A stretch of DNA of 32,000 bases from Escherichia coli (lineage in GTDB: Bacteria > Pseudomonadota > Gammaproteobacteria > Enterobacterales > Enterobacteriaceae), in assembly GCF_045037575.1 (NCBI RefSeq), contig NZ_CP173484.1; one strand, written 5' to 3'. Positions 1-9,844 of the stretch are shown piece by piece (the first letter of the stretch is position 1; each line of letters starts with the position of its first letter). The notes under the pieces were generated by a model that saw nothing but the letters and a program-made list of their open reading frames with translations, searched no databases and was not told where the DNA came from. Both the position numbers and the translations under genes were made by a program.

Positions 1-2
1 GC

Positions 3-1511
3 ATTGACGAAAATACCCTTATGGCGATGCGCCGGGGTGTGGGTGGTTTCTCCGGGCAGTACAGCGCAATGGCGAAAGCTATCGGCTTCAATGCTGACGA
101 GGCGGCCAGAAGCTCCAACAAATTTATGACCTCCCTGCGTGAGTTTAGCGCGATGGCAGGCATGGCCCGTGACAAAATCGGCTCTAATCTTGCGGGTGGG
201 CTTGCGGGTTCGCTGGACACCCTGCGCCGCCATATCCTGGACAACTTCCCTCGTATCGAGCAGACCCTGACGAAAGCCATAAAAGGCATTCTGGCGCTCG
301 GGGATATTATCGGGCGGCTGTTCTTCAGACTGATTGAAGGAACATCAGGCCTCATCACCTGGTGGCAATCGCTGGATAAGCAAACGCGGGAGTTGATCTC
401 GCTGTTTGGTGCACTGACGATTGCGCTGCGCATTCTGAACAGTACGTTCTGGATGTCGCCGATTGGCCTCATTACCGCGCTGGCGGCGGGTATTGCCCTC
501 CTGTGGGAGGACTATCAGACTTGGAAGGAAGGCGGCGACAGCCTGATTGACTGGGGCAAGTGGAAACCGGAGGTTGATGCCGCGCTGAAGATGGTTCGTG
601 ACCTTAAAACGACCGTTAACGACCTGGTGAAAGCGCTGGCGAAACTGCTCAATATTGACCCCAAATCATGGTCCCTGAAGTGGGATTTCAGCAACTTCAT
701 CGACCAGATGGGCGAATTCAGCAAAATGCTGAACATGATCGCCGACCTGCTCAACGCTATCAAAGATGGCCGCTGGGCTGATGCCGTCAGCATCAGCAAA
801 CAGATACTTAATCAGGGCAGCGAAAATCCGTCAGCGATGCCGATGGTTACAGACAGCGCTAACAGTACTGCCGACTGGATTAAAGAGCACTGGGGATTCG
901 ATCCCCGCAGTGTGGGCCGGACGGTACGCGGCTGGTTTGGTGATGATGAGCCGGAACAATATGCACAGGCTACGAAACGAGGAGAACGGAATAACAATCC
1001 GGGAAACCTTAATTTTGCTGGTCAGGCAGGGGCTTCTCTTGAACGCCCGGGCGGGCGATTTGCCAGATTTGAAACTGCTTTTGATGGATTACGGGCTCTT
1101 GCTCGTCAGTTAATGCTGTACGCCGGACGGGGAATAAACAGTGTGGAGAAAATTATCTCTACCTGGGCACCTGCGTCTGATAATAACAACACAACTGCGT
1201 ATATCAGGGCTGTATCGCAACGACTGGGAGTGGATCCCCGGGCTGCCCTGAATATGAGCGATCCGCAAACCATGTCAGCATTGATGAGCAGCATTATCCA
1301 GCATGAAAATGGAAGAAATATCTATTCTCGAGAGCTGATTAATAAGGCTGCCGTGGCGGGAATTAGTAGCAAAATGACAGAGGTTAACCAGCAAAATACT
1401 TACCACATTTACGGTGGCGGAGATCCGCACGCTGTCGGTAATGAGGTTGCACGTCGGCAACAGTCTGCAAATGCTCAGGTCATGCGAAGTAATCAGGTGA
1501 GGGTGGGTTAG
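3..1511 (+). CDS. Phage tail tape measure protein, C-terminal part (5' truncated by window edge)
   Basis: Frame is open to the window start; N-terminal part has tape-measure-like hydrophobic/amphipathic content; the C-terminus (GERNNNPGNLNFAGQ...) resembles the murein-degrading or structural domain often appended to such proteins; directly upstream of baseplate genes. Confidence 0.7.
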   Translation: MDENTLMAMRRGVGGFSGQYSAMAKAIGFNADEAARSSNKFMTSLREFSAMAGMARDKIGSNLAGGLAGSLDTLRRHILDNFPRIEQTLTKAIKGILALGDIIGRLFFRLIEGTSGLITWWQSLDKQTRELISLFGALTIALRILNSTFWMSPIGLITALAAGIALLWEDYQTWKEGGDSLIDWGKWKPEVDAALKMVRDLKTTVNDLVKALAKLLNIDPKSWSLKWDFSNFIDQMGEFSKMLNMIADLLNAIKDGRWADAVSISKQILNQGSENPSAMPMVTDSANSTADWIKEHWGFDPRSVGRTVRGWFGDDEPEQYAQATKRGERNNNPGNLNFAGQAGASLERPGGRFARFETAFDGLRALARQLMLYAGRGINSVEKIISTWAPASDNNNTTAYIRAVSQRLGVDPRAALNMSDPQTMSALMSSIIQHENGRNIYSRELINKAAVAGISSKMTEVNQQNTYHIYGGGDPHAVGNEVARRQQSANAQVMRSNQVRVG

Positions 1512-2098
1512 TGGATATTCTCTCTACACTTTTTCATCAGCAGAGCAGAAAAATAGGAATGATTGTTCCCAGTGTTGTTATTTCAGAGAAGCATACAGAT
1601 ATGCTTGAAATAACAGAGCATCCGGTAGAGGTCGGGGCCGCTGTCGCTGATCATGCCTATAAAAAACCGTCAGAAGTGGTGATGGAGGTTGGTTTCGCCG
1701 GTGGCGGCGCATTGCTGGCTTTTGCCAGTAATCTGACGGCTACCAGCCTGCTCGGCCTGAGTCCTCAGCAGACGTATCAGGAGCTACTGGATCTGCAGGA
1801 AAGCCGTATCCCCTTCGATGTGGTAACCGGTAAACGACTGTACAGCAACATGTTGATCCGGGCGCTGGAAGTGACGACGGACAAGACAACCGAAAACGTC
1901 CTGTCCGCCGTCCTCACCCTGAGGGAGGTCCTTATCTCCCGGACGCAGCAGATTACCGTCGCGGATAAAACCAACATGAAGGAAGGGGCCAGCACGTCGG
2001 CGGTACAGAATAGCGGCAACAAAACCACAAAGCCTCCAGATACTTCACTGCTGAAAAGCATCACGGGTAACGTGGCGTCATTACTGGGAGGCGGCTAA
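1511..2098 (+). CDS. Phage tail/baseplate-associated protein of unknown function
   Basis: GTG start overlapping upstream TAG, translationally coupled in the tail operon; 195 aa. Confidence 0.6.
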   Translation: MDILSTLFHQQSRKIGMIVPSVVISEKHTDMLEITEHPVEVGAAVADHAYKKPSEVVMEVGFAGGGALLAFASNLTATSLLGLSPQQTYQELLDLQESRIPFDVVTGKRLYSNMLIRALEVTTDKTTENVLSAVLTLREVLISRTQQITVADKTNMKEGASTSAVQNSGNKTTKPPDTSLLKSITGNVASLLGGG

Positions 2099-2400
2099 TG
2101 ACAATTCAGGAAATTCCGCTGACAGCGGACAACCAGCAGTTCAGCATCGTCTTGGGTGGTGTCACTTGGCAGATTAGCATCATATGGCGCGATCCTTACT
2201 GGATTATGGACCTGCAGAACGACAGAGGGGAGCCGGTAATCTCCGGTATTCCTCTCGTCACTGGCGCTGATCTGCTGGCGCAGTACGCCTGTATGGGACT
2301 TGGTTTTAAGCTGGTGGTGGTCTGCGATGACAACACACAGGATTATCCCACGAAAACTGATCTGGGCGGCCTCAGTCATTTACTGGTATCAACGGAGTAA
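2098..2400 (+). CDS. Phage baseplate plug-like protein
   Basis: 100 aa, ATG overlaps upstream stop; sequence pattern (ITWQISIIWRDPYWIMDLQND) fits the baseplate plug family; syntenic position before the hub gene. Confidence 0.6.
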   Translation: MTIQEIPLTADNQQFSIVLGGVTWQISIIWRDPYWIMDLQNDRGEPVISGIPLVTGADLLAQYACMGLGFKLVVVCDDNTQDYPTKTDLGGLSHLLVSTE

Positions 2401-2402
2401 GC

Positions 2403-3470
2403 ATGTCACAGAACTGGATGAGACATTTCGAGCTGCAGCTTGTGGACGGGAACGGTAAGGGAATTGAGCTAAGTGATTTCAAAGTCACCTTTACGATCGA
2501 CTGGTTCAACATCAGCAGCGCGTCTCGGGTAGGGACTATCAAAATTTATAACCTTTCGGCAGATACTGTGAACCGAATTACCGGGCAGGAGTTTTCGAAA
2601 GTGCGGCTGATTGCCGGTTACGACGGTATCGCGCCGGAGGTGGCGGCAAGCGACGTCGGGACCGTGCGCGAAGTCGACGCGGCAGATGTGGGCCAGAGTG
2701 ATGGCCGCAACTACGGGCTGATTTTCAGCGGAGAAATTCGCTACTCGGTCACAGGAAAAGACAGCCCTATTGATTCCTATGTCCTGATTCAGGCAGCAGA
2801 TACGGATCTGGCATTTGCCACCAGTATAACCTCGCAGACGCTGGCGGCCGGTTACACGGTCGCAGATGTGAACCGTGCGCTGATGAAAGACTTCGAAGCC
2901 AAAGGCGCGACCGAAGGCCTGACGCCTGAAATGCCTGCTACTGTATTCCCCCGGGGGCGGGTACTCTTTGGCATGACGCGGCATCTTATGGATAACGTAG
3001 CCGGTCAATGTGGCGCAACATGGCAATTCGTGGACGGTCAACGCCAGATGGTGGCGAATAACGAGTATGTTCACGACGCGATTGTGCTCAACAGCGCCAC
3101 CGGGCTTATCGGCATGCCGCAGCAAACCATCGGCAACGGTGTAAACGTCCGCGCTCTTATTAATCCGAACATCCGGGTTAACGGGCTTATTCAGCTGGAT
3201 CAGGCTTCCGTGTACCGCACCGCGCTGTCGAACAATGATATCGCGATGGCTGGTGGGAAGATCACCGACCAGAACACGGATGGAAATATCACGCTAAGCG
3301 GCACCACAGCACAACCTGCCAGCATCGCAACGGATGGCGTTTATATTGTGCGCGGGATTATGTACACTGGCGATACAAGGGGCCAGGCGTGGTACATGGA
3401 TATGATGTGCGAAGCGCGTGGCGCGGCGGATCTTCGTTCTGCGTCGTCTTTACAGCGTGAGGTAGGATAG
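2403..3470 (+). CDS. Phage baseplate hub-like protein
   Basis: 355 aa ORF following the plug gene; typical hub features (VDGNGKGIELSDFKVTFTIDWFNISSASRVGTIKIYNLS) and synteny. Confidence 0.6.
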   Translation: MSQNWMRHFELQLVDGNGKGIELSDFKVTFTIDWFNISSASRVGTIKIYNLSADTVNRITGQEFSKVRLIAGYDGIAPEVAASDVGTVREVDAADVGQSDGRNYGLIFSGEIRYSVTGKDSPIDSYVLIQAADTDLAFATSITSQTLAAGYTVADVNRALMKDFEAKGATEGLTPEMPATVFPRGRVLFGMTRHLMDNVAGQCGATWQFVDGQRQMVANNEYVHDAIVLNSATGLIGMPQQTIGNGVNVRALINPNIRVNGLIQLDQASVYRTALSNNDIAMAGGKITDQNTDGNITLSGTTAQPASIATDGVYIVRGIMYTGDTRGQAWYMDMMCEARGAADLRSASSLQREVG

Positions 3471-3823
3471 TGAAAAAGTGGATTGTTATCGGACTCTGTT
3501 TCCTTCCGGGGTTAGCATTTGCTGCGAATCCTGGCGGTATCACGCTTCAGTGTGGTGGCTACAAATTAGAGTTGATTCCTGATTCATTGTTCAGGATTAA
3601 TGGTGAGACAGTTACCTCCCAGAAAATCAAAACGCTCGGCAACGGTAATGGAATGAAGGCGGATATGGGTCTTATGCCAGCCAAAGACGGTAACAATTAC
3701 GGTTTCGAGTTCATTCGCCGTCCGGGTACCGAAACGCGTTTCCTGAACGTCCAGCTTCTGCAGAACAGCATGGATGCACCGAAAATCATCGGCTCCTTCC
3801 CGTGTAAAAAGGTTTCTGGTTAA
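3470..3823 (+). CDS. Small secreted/periplasmic protein with signal peptide, probable moron
   Basis: 117 aa; MKKWIVIGLCFLPGLAFAA is a classic Sec signal peptide; two Cys residues in the mature part. Confidence 0.6.
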   Translation: MKKWIVIGLCFLPGLAFAANPGGITLQCGGYKLELIPDSLFRINGETVTSQKIKTLGNGNGMKADMGLMPAKDGNNYGFEFIRRPGTETRFLNVQLLQNSMDAPKIIGSFPCKKVSG

Positions 3824-3963
3824 CCAAAAGTTACATTTCTGCATAGTGTTGAGTTTGTTCACATTCACTAAATAATGATTTTTTATCGCTTGCTAGGTGG
3901 TTGCATGATCACTAAACTTTGCGAACTTTTAGCGCTCAGCTAACTTTGAATAAGTGGTGTATA

Positions 3964-3978
3964 GTCGTTTAAAACGAC
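3964..3978. promoter_or_regulatory. Perfect palindrome GTCGTTT-A-AAACGAC, candidate operator upstream of the 3992 gene
   Basis: 7-bp perfect arms around one central base, 13 bp before the ATG. Confidence 0.35.
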
Positions 3979-3991
3979 AGAGGGATTGGGT

Positions 3992-4564
3992 ATGGCGATT
4001 AGCTACGCATTTGCGCTGGCAACAATTACACAACAAATGAATCAGGTTCAGGAAGCTGTTAATGGTGCTTTCAAACCCCTGATCTCTAATGCTTGTGAAC
4101 TGCCACAACGATTAGATGCTGAAGAGGCATTTCGTCGTTGTACCGCGATTGCTGCACGCGCTCAAGAAATCGAAAATACCGCGAAGGAAGGCATGTCTCA
4201 TCTCGAAGCTTTTCGAAATGGGAGAATCATTGTTGATGAGCTTCCGGAAGGGTTTTTATCCCATCTCGAAGGTCTTGCCAAGGCATGCCGAAATGCTAAA
4301 GGACATTTAGTGGATATGTTCTCTGAAGCGGAAAGGTCCCCTATGTGGCAAGGCCATCTGCAAATGTTGCGCCCATTAAAACGCAAATATGTTCGTGCGT
4401 TGACCGCCGTCGAGAACACTGCAACTCAGTTGGCCGCTGAAGTTAGGCAATCGCAGCCTTTCCAGGCTGAACTCTTGTCAGATAATGTTACCCGTGAAGA
4501 GGCTATTGAACTGATCTCAACATCGCATAAGATGCTGGGAGCCAACGCCCCTAAATGGATGTGA
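3992..4564 (+). CDS. Hypothetical helical protein, first gene of a two-gene cassette in the baseplate operon
   Basis: ORF with AGAGGGA ribosome-binding site; ATG at 3992 (TTG at 3986 is the alternative); no recognised family. Confidence 0.7.
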   Translation: MAISYAFALATITQQMNQVQEAVNGAFKPLISNACELPQRLDAEEAFRRCTAIAARAQEIENTAKEGMSHLEAFRNGRIIVDELPEGFLSHLEGLAKACRNAKGHLVDMFSEAERSPMWQGHLQMLRPLKRKYVRALTAVENTATQLAAEVRQSQPFQAELLSDNVTREEAIELISTSHKMLGANAPKWM

Positions 4565-4565
4565 C

Positions 4566-4982
4566 ATGGCAAAAGTCAGTATCACGGGAGAATTGCGTCA
4601 TTTAGCTGCAGCACATAAGTATGCTCAAATGCTTGCCGATTATATTTCAAAGGGTTCCCAGTTCTGGTGTTTTGGTTCGTTAGGCGGTTTTGAACGTAAC
4701 TATGATGCGATGGCTGCCAACATCAGGAAAATTCACTTAAAGCTACCTGGCGATAAACCCTGGCCTCCAGAAGCATCTCTGAGTGAACGGACATGTGATA
4801 ATTTTTTGGTATATGCTCAGCATCTTTATATCGATGAACACTATCAGATATTGGCAATCATCAGCCCAAACGCTCATCAGCAAGCTGATTCGATGCTTCC
4901 CCGGCTGATAAAATTAGCAGAGGAAACCTTCATAGAACTTCCTCCTGATGAACTCGAAAAATTGAAAACCTACGATTCATAA
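4566..4982 (+). CDS. Hypothetical protein, second gene of the two-gene cassette
   Basis: 138 aa ORF 1 nt after the upstream stop; immediately followed by a terminator. Confidence 0.7.
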   Translation: MAKVSITGELRHLAAAHKYAQMLADYISKGSQFWCFGSLGGFERNYDAMAANIRKIHLKLPGDKPWPPEASLSERTCDNFLVYAQHLYIDEHYQILAIISPNAHQQADSMLPRLIKLAEETFIELPPDELEKLKTYDS

Positions 4983-5005
4983 ACCCGCCACCCGGCGGGT
5001 TTTTT
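4982..5005 (+). terminator. Rho-independent terminator
   Basis: AACCCGCC-ACCC-GGCGGGTT followed by a T tract. Confidence 0.85.
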
Positions 5006-5024
5006 GCTTTCTGGAGCCTACTAA

Positions 5025-5780
5025 ATGGCAGTATCTGACCAGACCCGCAGCGGCGACCTTGCTGAAACATTCAAATCTGAACGGGAAACAACAAAGAACC
5101 AGATCCGAGTCGCTTTGCCTGGTATCGTCCAGTCATTCGATCCTGACGCTGTGACGGCGGTTGTGCAGCCTTCTATCCGTTCGGTTGAAACGGATAACGA
5201 CGGCAATCGCGTTACCAAAAATTACCCGCTGCTGGTGGATGTGCCGGTGGTATTCCCACGCGGCGGAGGCTGTACGTTGACTTTTCCGGTAAAGGCTGGG
5301 GATGAGTGTCTTGTCGTTTTTGCCGATCGTTGTATTGATTTCTGGTGGCAGAGCGGCGGGATACAGGAGACGGTTGATGACAGAATGCATGATTTATCGG
5401 ATGCGTTCTGTATCGTCGGTCCGCAGTCTCAGGCGCAGAAAATCAGCGGAATCAGCACCAGCGCCGCGCAACTGCGTACTGATGATGGCGCTGCGTTTGT
5501 GGAAGTGGCCGCAGGCCATAACATCACGGTTAAAACCCCCGGTGCGCTGACGGCGACAGCAGAAGGAGGAACCACGATCACATCACCCACCATCACGCTA
5601 AACGGCAACGTGACAATAAACGGGAATCTCTCTCAGGGGATGGGCGAAAGCGGCGGCACCGCGACGATGCTTGGCCCTGTCACGGTGACTAACGATGTAA
5701 AAGCTGGTGGTAAGAGCCTGATGACGCACACGCACGGCGGAGTACAGACCGGCGGCGGTAACACAGGAGCGCCTAACTGA
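5025..5780 (+). CDS. Gp138-family membrane-puncturing baseplate spike protein
   Basis: 251 aa; QIRVALPGIVQSFDPDAVTAVVQPSIR...YPLLVDVPVVFPRGGGCTLTFPVKAGDECLVVFADRCID pattern plus glycine-rich C-terminal repeats (TVTLNGNVTINGN). Confidence 0.8.
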   Translation: MAVSDQTRSGDLAETFKSERETTKNQIRVALPGIVQSFDPDAVTAVVQPSIRSVETDNDGNRVTKNYPLLVDVPVVFPRGGGCTLTFPVKAGDECLVVFADRCIDFWWQSGGIQETVDDRMHDLSDAFCIVGPQSQAQKISGISTSAAQLRTDDGAAFVEVAAGHNITVKTPGALTATAEGGTTITSPTITLNGNVTINGNLSQGMGESGGTATMLGPVTVTNDVKAGGKSLMTHTHGGVQTGGGNTGAPN

Positions 5781-6133
5781 TGCGATACAGACGTGAAGAC
5801 GCCGATGGCGATTATACCTTTGGCAGCGGTGATGACACCTGGCTGATTAACTCACCGGAGGCCGTGGCGCAGGCGGTAAAAACGCGATTCGAATTGTGGT
5901 ATGGGCAATGGTTTCTCGATACCACCGAAGGGACTCCGTGGATCCAGTCCGTACTCGGTAAGCAGAAGCCGGAAACCTACAACCTGGCGATCCGTAAGCG
6001 CATCCTCGAAACGCGGGGCGTTAAATCAATCCTCTCTTTCAATACGACGGTGGATACCACGACCCGACGTGTCATGTTTTCCGCTGAAATCGACACTCTT
6101 TATGGAATAACGACTGTTACATCGGAGGCGTAA
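5780..6133 (+). CDS. Baseplate wedge-like protein
   Basis: 117 aa, overlapping start/stop, between the spike and baseplate J genes. Confidence 0.6.
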   Translation: MRYRREDADGDYTFGSGDDTWLINSPEAVAQAVKTRFELWYGQWFLDTTEGTPWIQSVLGKQKPETYNLAIRKRILETRGVKSILSFNTTVDTTTRRVMFSAEIDTLYGITTVTSEA

Positions 6134-7332
6134 TGGCTCTGAACCTTGATTCTCTTGGTTTATCTGCAAAGGTAACCGCAGAGGGGATCAGTGCGCCTGA
6201 TTATCAGACGATACTCAGCACCCTGATTAGCTATTTTCAGCAGATTTATGGCAGTGATGCCTACCTCGAACCGGACAGCAAAGACGGCCAGATGGTGGCT
6301 CTGATGGCGCTGGCGATTCATGATGCCAATAATATGGCGATAACTGTCTACAACTGTTTTTCACCGGCAACCGGCTATGGGGCTGCACTGACCAGCAACG
6401 TGAAAATAAATGGTATTTCACGTAAAGGCGCGACGAACTCTACGGTTGATTTGCTTCTTACAGGAACTGCCGGAACAACCATCATTAATGGCAGCGTGAA
6501 AGACAGTAATAATGTGATATGGCGTTTGCCTGCTTCAGTGGCGGTCGGCGTGGATGGTACAGTGATAGCGACCGCAACATGTTCCGTCAGTGGTGCAGTG
6601 GCGGCGCTGGCTGGAACTATCACTGAAATTAATACGCCAACCCGTGGCTGGGTTTCGGTAACTAATCCTGCTGCGGCTACTGTTGGCTCCCCGGCAGAAA
6701 CTGATGCTGAGTTACGTATCCGACAGTCGCAAAGTGTTGCGTTGCCATCAATAACCCCATTTGAAGCACTGGATGGTGCTGTTTCTAATGTTGCCGGTGT
6801 AACCCGCCACAAACTCTATGAAAACGATACTGGTTCGGAGGACGGTAACGGGGTACCGCCACACTCTGTTGCTGTGATTGTGGATGGCGGCGATGTGACG
6901 GATATTGCTCAGGCTATCAGAGGGAATAAAGGCCAGGGGACAGCCACTCACGGTACAACATCCGTTACGGTTCCGGATAAATACGGCAATCCCCATGTAA
7001 TCAAATTCTCGCGTTCCAGTGATGTACCTGTTTATGCCCGGATTAAATTAAAAGTTTTTACGGGTTATACCTCACAGATAGGGCAGCAGATCCAGCAGGC
7101 TATTTCCGACTATATCAATAGTCTGACGATTGGTGATTCAGTCCTTTTAAGTCGCATTTACTCACCGGCCAATCTTGGCGTGGTGAGTGGCGGGAATGCA
7201 CGCTATTACGATATTCAGGAACTGACGATTGGGAAATCCCCGGGGGCTTTGTCGTCATCAAACATTGATATCAGATACAACGAATCTGCGTCCTGTACCC
7301 CGGAAAATATCGTTATAACGGTGGAGTCATGA
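6133..7332 (+). CDS. Baseplate J-like protein
   Basis: 399 aa; ETDAELRIRQSQSVALPSITPFEALDGAVSNVAGVTRHKLYEN...GNGVPPHSVAVIVDGG is characteristic of baseplate J. Confidence 0.9.
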   Translation: MALNLDSLGLSAKVTAEGISAPDYQTILSTLISYFQQIYGSDAYLEPDSKDGQMVALMALAIHDANNMAITVYNCFSPATGYGAALTSNVKINGISRKGATNSTVDLLLTGTAGTTIINGSVKDSNNVIWRLPASVAVGVDGTVIATATCSVSGAVAALAGTITEINTPTRGWVSVTNPAAATVGSPAETDAELRIRQSQSVALPSITPFEALDGAVSNVAGVTRHKLYENDTGSEDGNGVPPHSVAVIVDGGDVTDIAQAIRGNKGQGTATHGTTSVTVPDKYGNPHVIKFSRSSDVPVYARIKLKVFTGYTSQIGQQIQQAISDYINSLTIGDSVLLSRIYSPANLGVVSGGNARYYDIQELTIGKSPGALSSSNIDIRYNESASCTPENIVITVES

Positions 7333-8009
7333 GCAAATACACCGAACTAATCACGAACTACCACGCCACCAAACCTAAATTTCTTGCGCATGTTGATCTG
7401 ATGACCCGGCCGCTTATTGATGTTGCGGCTGCCACCAGAGGGCTGATTACTGCATTTGATATTGACTCTGCGGTTGGTGTGCAACTTGACATTCTGGGAT
7501 TGTGGATCGGACGTAGCCGTGTTGTCAGCCAGCCTATCTCAGGTGTCTATTTCAGCTGGGATACCGACGGGCTTGGATATGATCAGGGGGTATGGCAGGG
7601 GCCATATGATCCTGATTCTGGATACATGTATCTCAGCGATGAAACTTATCGTGTCATTCTTAAAGCGAAGATTGCGATTAATAACTGGGACGGACGGAAT
7701 GATTCGCTTCCGGCAATTCTTGACGCGGCAACAGCAGGATCCGGGCTGCGAATGCAGATTGTCGATAACCAGGACATGACGATATCGGTCTGGGTCTTTC
7801 CTGATACTGATATTTCAGATGTATCGCGTGAGTTAATTGCTGCAATTAAACAGGGATATCTCACAGTAAAAGCCGCCGGGGTGTGGGCGGGTGGCATTGA
7901 AACACCTTCGGTGGAAACCCCATCGGAAGGTTCAAAATTTTTTGGTTTTGATATAGATAACGAATTCATCAGTGGTTTTGATGTAGGAGCATGGGGAGTA
8001 TTACTCTGA
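7329..8009 (+). CDS. DUF2612-type phage baseplate protein
   Basis: 226 aa; [31 protein letters not shown]...[24 protein letters not shown]. Confidence 0.75.
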   Translation: MSKYTELITNYHATKPKFLAHVDLMTRPLIDVAAATRGLITAFDIDSAVGVQLDILGLWIGRSRVVSQPISGVYFSWDTDGLGYDQGVWQGPYDPDSGYMYLSDETYRVILKAKIAINNWDGRNDSLPAILDAATAGSGLRMQIVDNQDMTISVWVFPDTDISDVSRELIAAIKQGYLTVKAAGVWAGGIETPSVETPSEGSKFFGFDIDNEFISGFDVGAWGVLL

Positions 8010-8848
8010 TGGCGAAAAATGACTTTAAAGCGTTTGCAACGGATCGAAGTGCCAATGTTATGTCGCAGGAGGAATGGGAAGCGTTGCCTGCGCTTTTATC
8101 CGGATTTACAGCAGGTAAAGCATCCAGTGCGCAAGTCAATAAGGTTATTCGGCAGGCCAGCTTTATTGCTGCAGCTCTGGCCCAGTTTGTAAGTGACAAA
8201 ACGCAACGGGATGTGCTTGATAATGGTGATCTGCCCGGTTTTGTTGAATTGCTGGGATCGGGGTTTGCTGTTGAATACCTGAGCCGCAAGAATCCGTTTG
8301 GTGATATCAAATCGGATGGCACGGTGAAAACGGCTCTCGAAAACCTTGGTTTGGGAGAAGGCTCTGCATTACCTGTTGGTGTCCCTGTTCCGTGGCCCTC
8401 AGCCACTCCGCCAACAGGCTGGCTAAAATGCAACGGAGCAGCTTTTTCTGCTGAAGAATATCCGGAACTGGCAAAGGCTTACCCGACAAATAAATTGCCT
8501 GATTTACGCGGTGAATTTATCCGTGGCTGGGATGACGGGCGTGGTATTGATGCTGTACGTGCCTTGCTAAGTCTTCAGAATGGAGGAGTGGAATCACACA
8601 CCCACCAAGGGCAGCTCTTCAGAGTTAGTGATTATCGTACAAAAGAAATACCAGCATCAGAAGTTATGGGAAGAGGATATATTGCAAGCCTGACGCCGGG
8701 TGCTGATAGCCCACTTGATTTTGATGATTATTCTGTATCTTCTAATCCAAATGGATATTTTGTCGGGAATCAGAGAACAACAGCATATGGGATAAATGAA
8801 ACCCGTCCACGGAATATTGCATTTAACTATATCGTGAGGGCTGCATAA
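8009..8848 (+). CDS. Tail fibre protein, currently expressed form; C-terminus lies in the invertible segment
   Basis: ATG overlaps upstream stop (ATGA); C-terminal tail-collar region ([25 protein letters not shown]...[17 protein letters not shown]); reads through crossover site L at 8334-8359. Confidence 0.85.
   Translation: MAKNDFKAFATDRSANVMSQEEWEALPALLSGFTAGKASSAQVNKVIRQASFIAAALAQFVSDKTQRDVLDNGDLPGFVELLGSGFAVEYLSRKNPFGDIKSDGTVKTALENLGLGEGSALPVGVPVPWPSATPPTGWLKCNGAAFSAEEYPELAKAYPTNKLPDLRGEFIRGWDDGRGIDAVRALLSLQNGGVESHTHQGQLFRVSDYRTKEIPASEVMGRGYIASLTPGADSPLDFDDYSVSSNPNGYFVGNQRTTAYGINETRPRNIAFNYIVRAA
8334..8359 (+). other. Left DNA-inversion crossover site (pix/gix/hix-type)
   Basis: CTCTCGAAAACCTTGGTTTGGGAGAA; shares TTGGTTTGGGAGAA with the reverse complement of the site at 10193-10218. 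Confidence 0.8.
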
Positions 8849-9450
8849 TGGATAACGCTGTATTAAATAGCGAGTTTATTTCTACAAAGGCGGGGAATAT
8901 TACCGTCTATAACTATGATGGCGAAACACGGGAATATATTTCCACATCAACTGAATATCTTGCCGTTGGTGTCGGTATCCCCGCATATTCCTGTTTAGAT
9001 GCTCCTGGCACACATAAGGCTGGTTATGCAATCTGCCGTTCGGCAGATTTTAACTCATGGGAATATGTGCCAGACCATCGCGGTGAAGTTGTCTATAACA
9101 CCGAAACAGGAGAATCGAAAGAAATCACAGCTCCGGGTGATTATCCTGAAAATACAACCACTATCGCCCCGTTAACGCCATACGATGAATGGGATGGTGA
9201 GAAATGGGTGACGGATACCGAGGCACAGCATAGTGCCGCAGTAGACGCGGCAGAAGCACAGCGCCAGTCACTGATTGATGCAGCAATGGCTTCCATTAGT
9301 CTGATTCAGCTGAAATTACAGGCCGGGCGGAAGTTGACGCAGGCAGAAACAACCCGGCTTAACGCTGTGCTGGATTACATTGACGCGGTGACGGCAACAG
9401 ATACCAGCACCGCGCCGGATGTCATCTGGCCTGAACTGCCGGAGGCGTAG
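8848..9450 (+). CDS. Tail fibre assembly protein (Tfa family)
   Basis: 200 aa; C-terminus WDGEKWVTDTEAQHSAAVDAAEAQRQSLIDAAMASISLIQLKLQAGRKLTQAETTRLNAVLDYIDAV typical of Tfa. Confidence 0.85.
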   Translation: MDNAVLNSEFISTKAGNITVYNYDGETREYISTSTEYLAVGVGIPAYSCLDAPGTHKAGYAICRSADFNSWEYVPDHRGEVVYNTETGESKEITAPGDYPENTTTIAPLTPYDEWDGEKWVTDTEAQHSAAVDAAEAQRQSLIDAAMASISLIQLKLQAGRKLTQAETTRLNAVLDYIDAVTATDTSTAPDVIWPELPEA

Positions 9451-9841
9451 GCCATTCAATATCTGGCGCACCGGAAGTATCGACCATTTCCAGTGCGTCC
9501 AGATAATCCAGCCACAAATTATATTGCGCCAGTTCCTCACCTTTCAGACGACCAATAGCCGCTTTACCAGGCCATTGCCTGCTGTTCATGTGCTCGTTGG
9601 CTTCATTAATAAGTTTTTCTTTTTTCAACTCTGCCAATGCAATAAGGTTTTCTTTTGATAAAGGTGGTTGCTCTGTCAAAACCGGATATCCCTCCTGATT
9701 GCTGACTATTTTCATGCCATTATCCTGACCATCCAGTAGTGACAGCCATTCATCCGTGGTTATCTCAACAGCATCTGAAGGTGCTTTATTTAAATCGGTA
9801 AAAAAACCATTTTCTTTTTGTGAATAGAAGTATCTGTCCAT
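9422..9841 (-). CDS. Second tail fibre assembly protein (alternative orientation)
   Basis: 139 aa; LAELKKEKLINEANEHMNSRQWPGKAAIGRLKGEELAQYNLWLDYLDALEMVDTSGAPDIEWP typical of Tfa; convergent with, and 29 nt overlapping, the + strand Tfa. Confidence 0.85.
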   Translation of the reverse strand: MDRYFYSQKENGFFTDLNKAPSDAVEITTDEWLSLLDGQDNGMKIVSNQEGYPVLTEQPPLSKENLIALAELKKEKLINEANEHMNSRQWPGKAAIGRLKGEELAQYNLWLDYLDALEMVDTSGAPDIEWPTPPAVQAR

Positions 9842-9844
9842 TTA

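Noticed and set aside
515-1460. Several ORFs of 60-115 aa (both strands) overlapping the tape measure gene
   Set aside because: Shadow ORFs within a long coding frame, with no family resemblance.
2469-3125. 218-aa ORF on the minus strand inside the baseplate hub gene
   Set aside because: Fully antisense to a well-supported coupled gene; composition typical of a shadow frame.
3986-4982. Calling the two-gene cassette a named toxin-antitoxin or defence system
   Set aside because: No diagnostic motif recognised in either protein; kept only as an uncharacterised moron.
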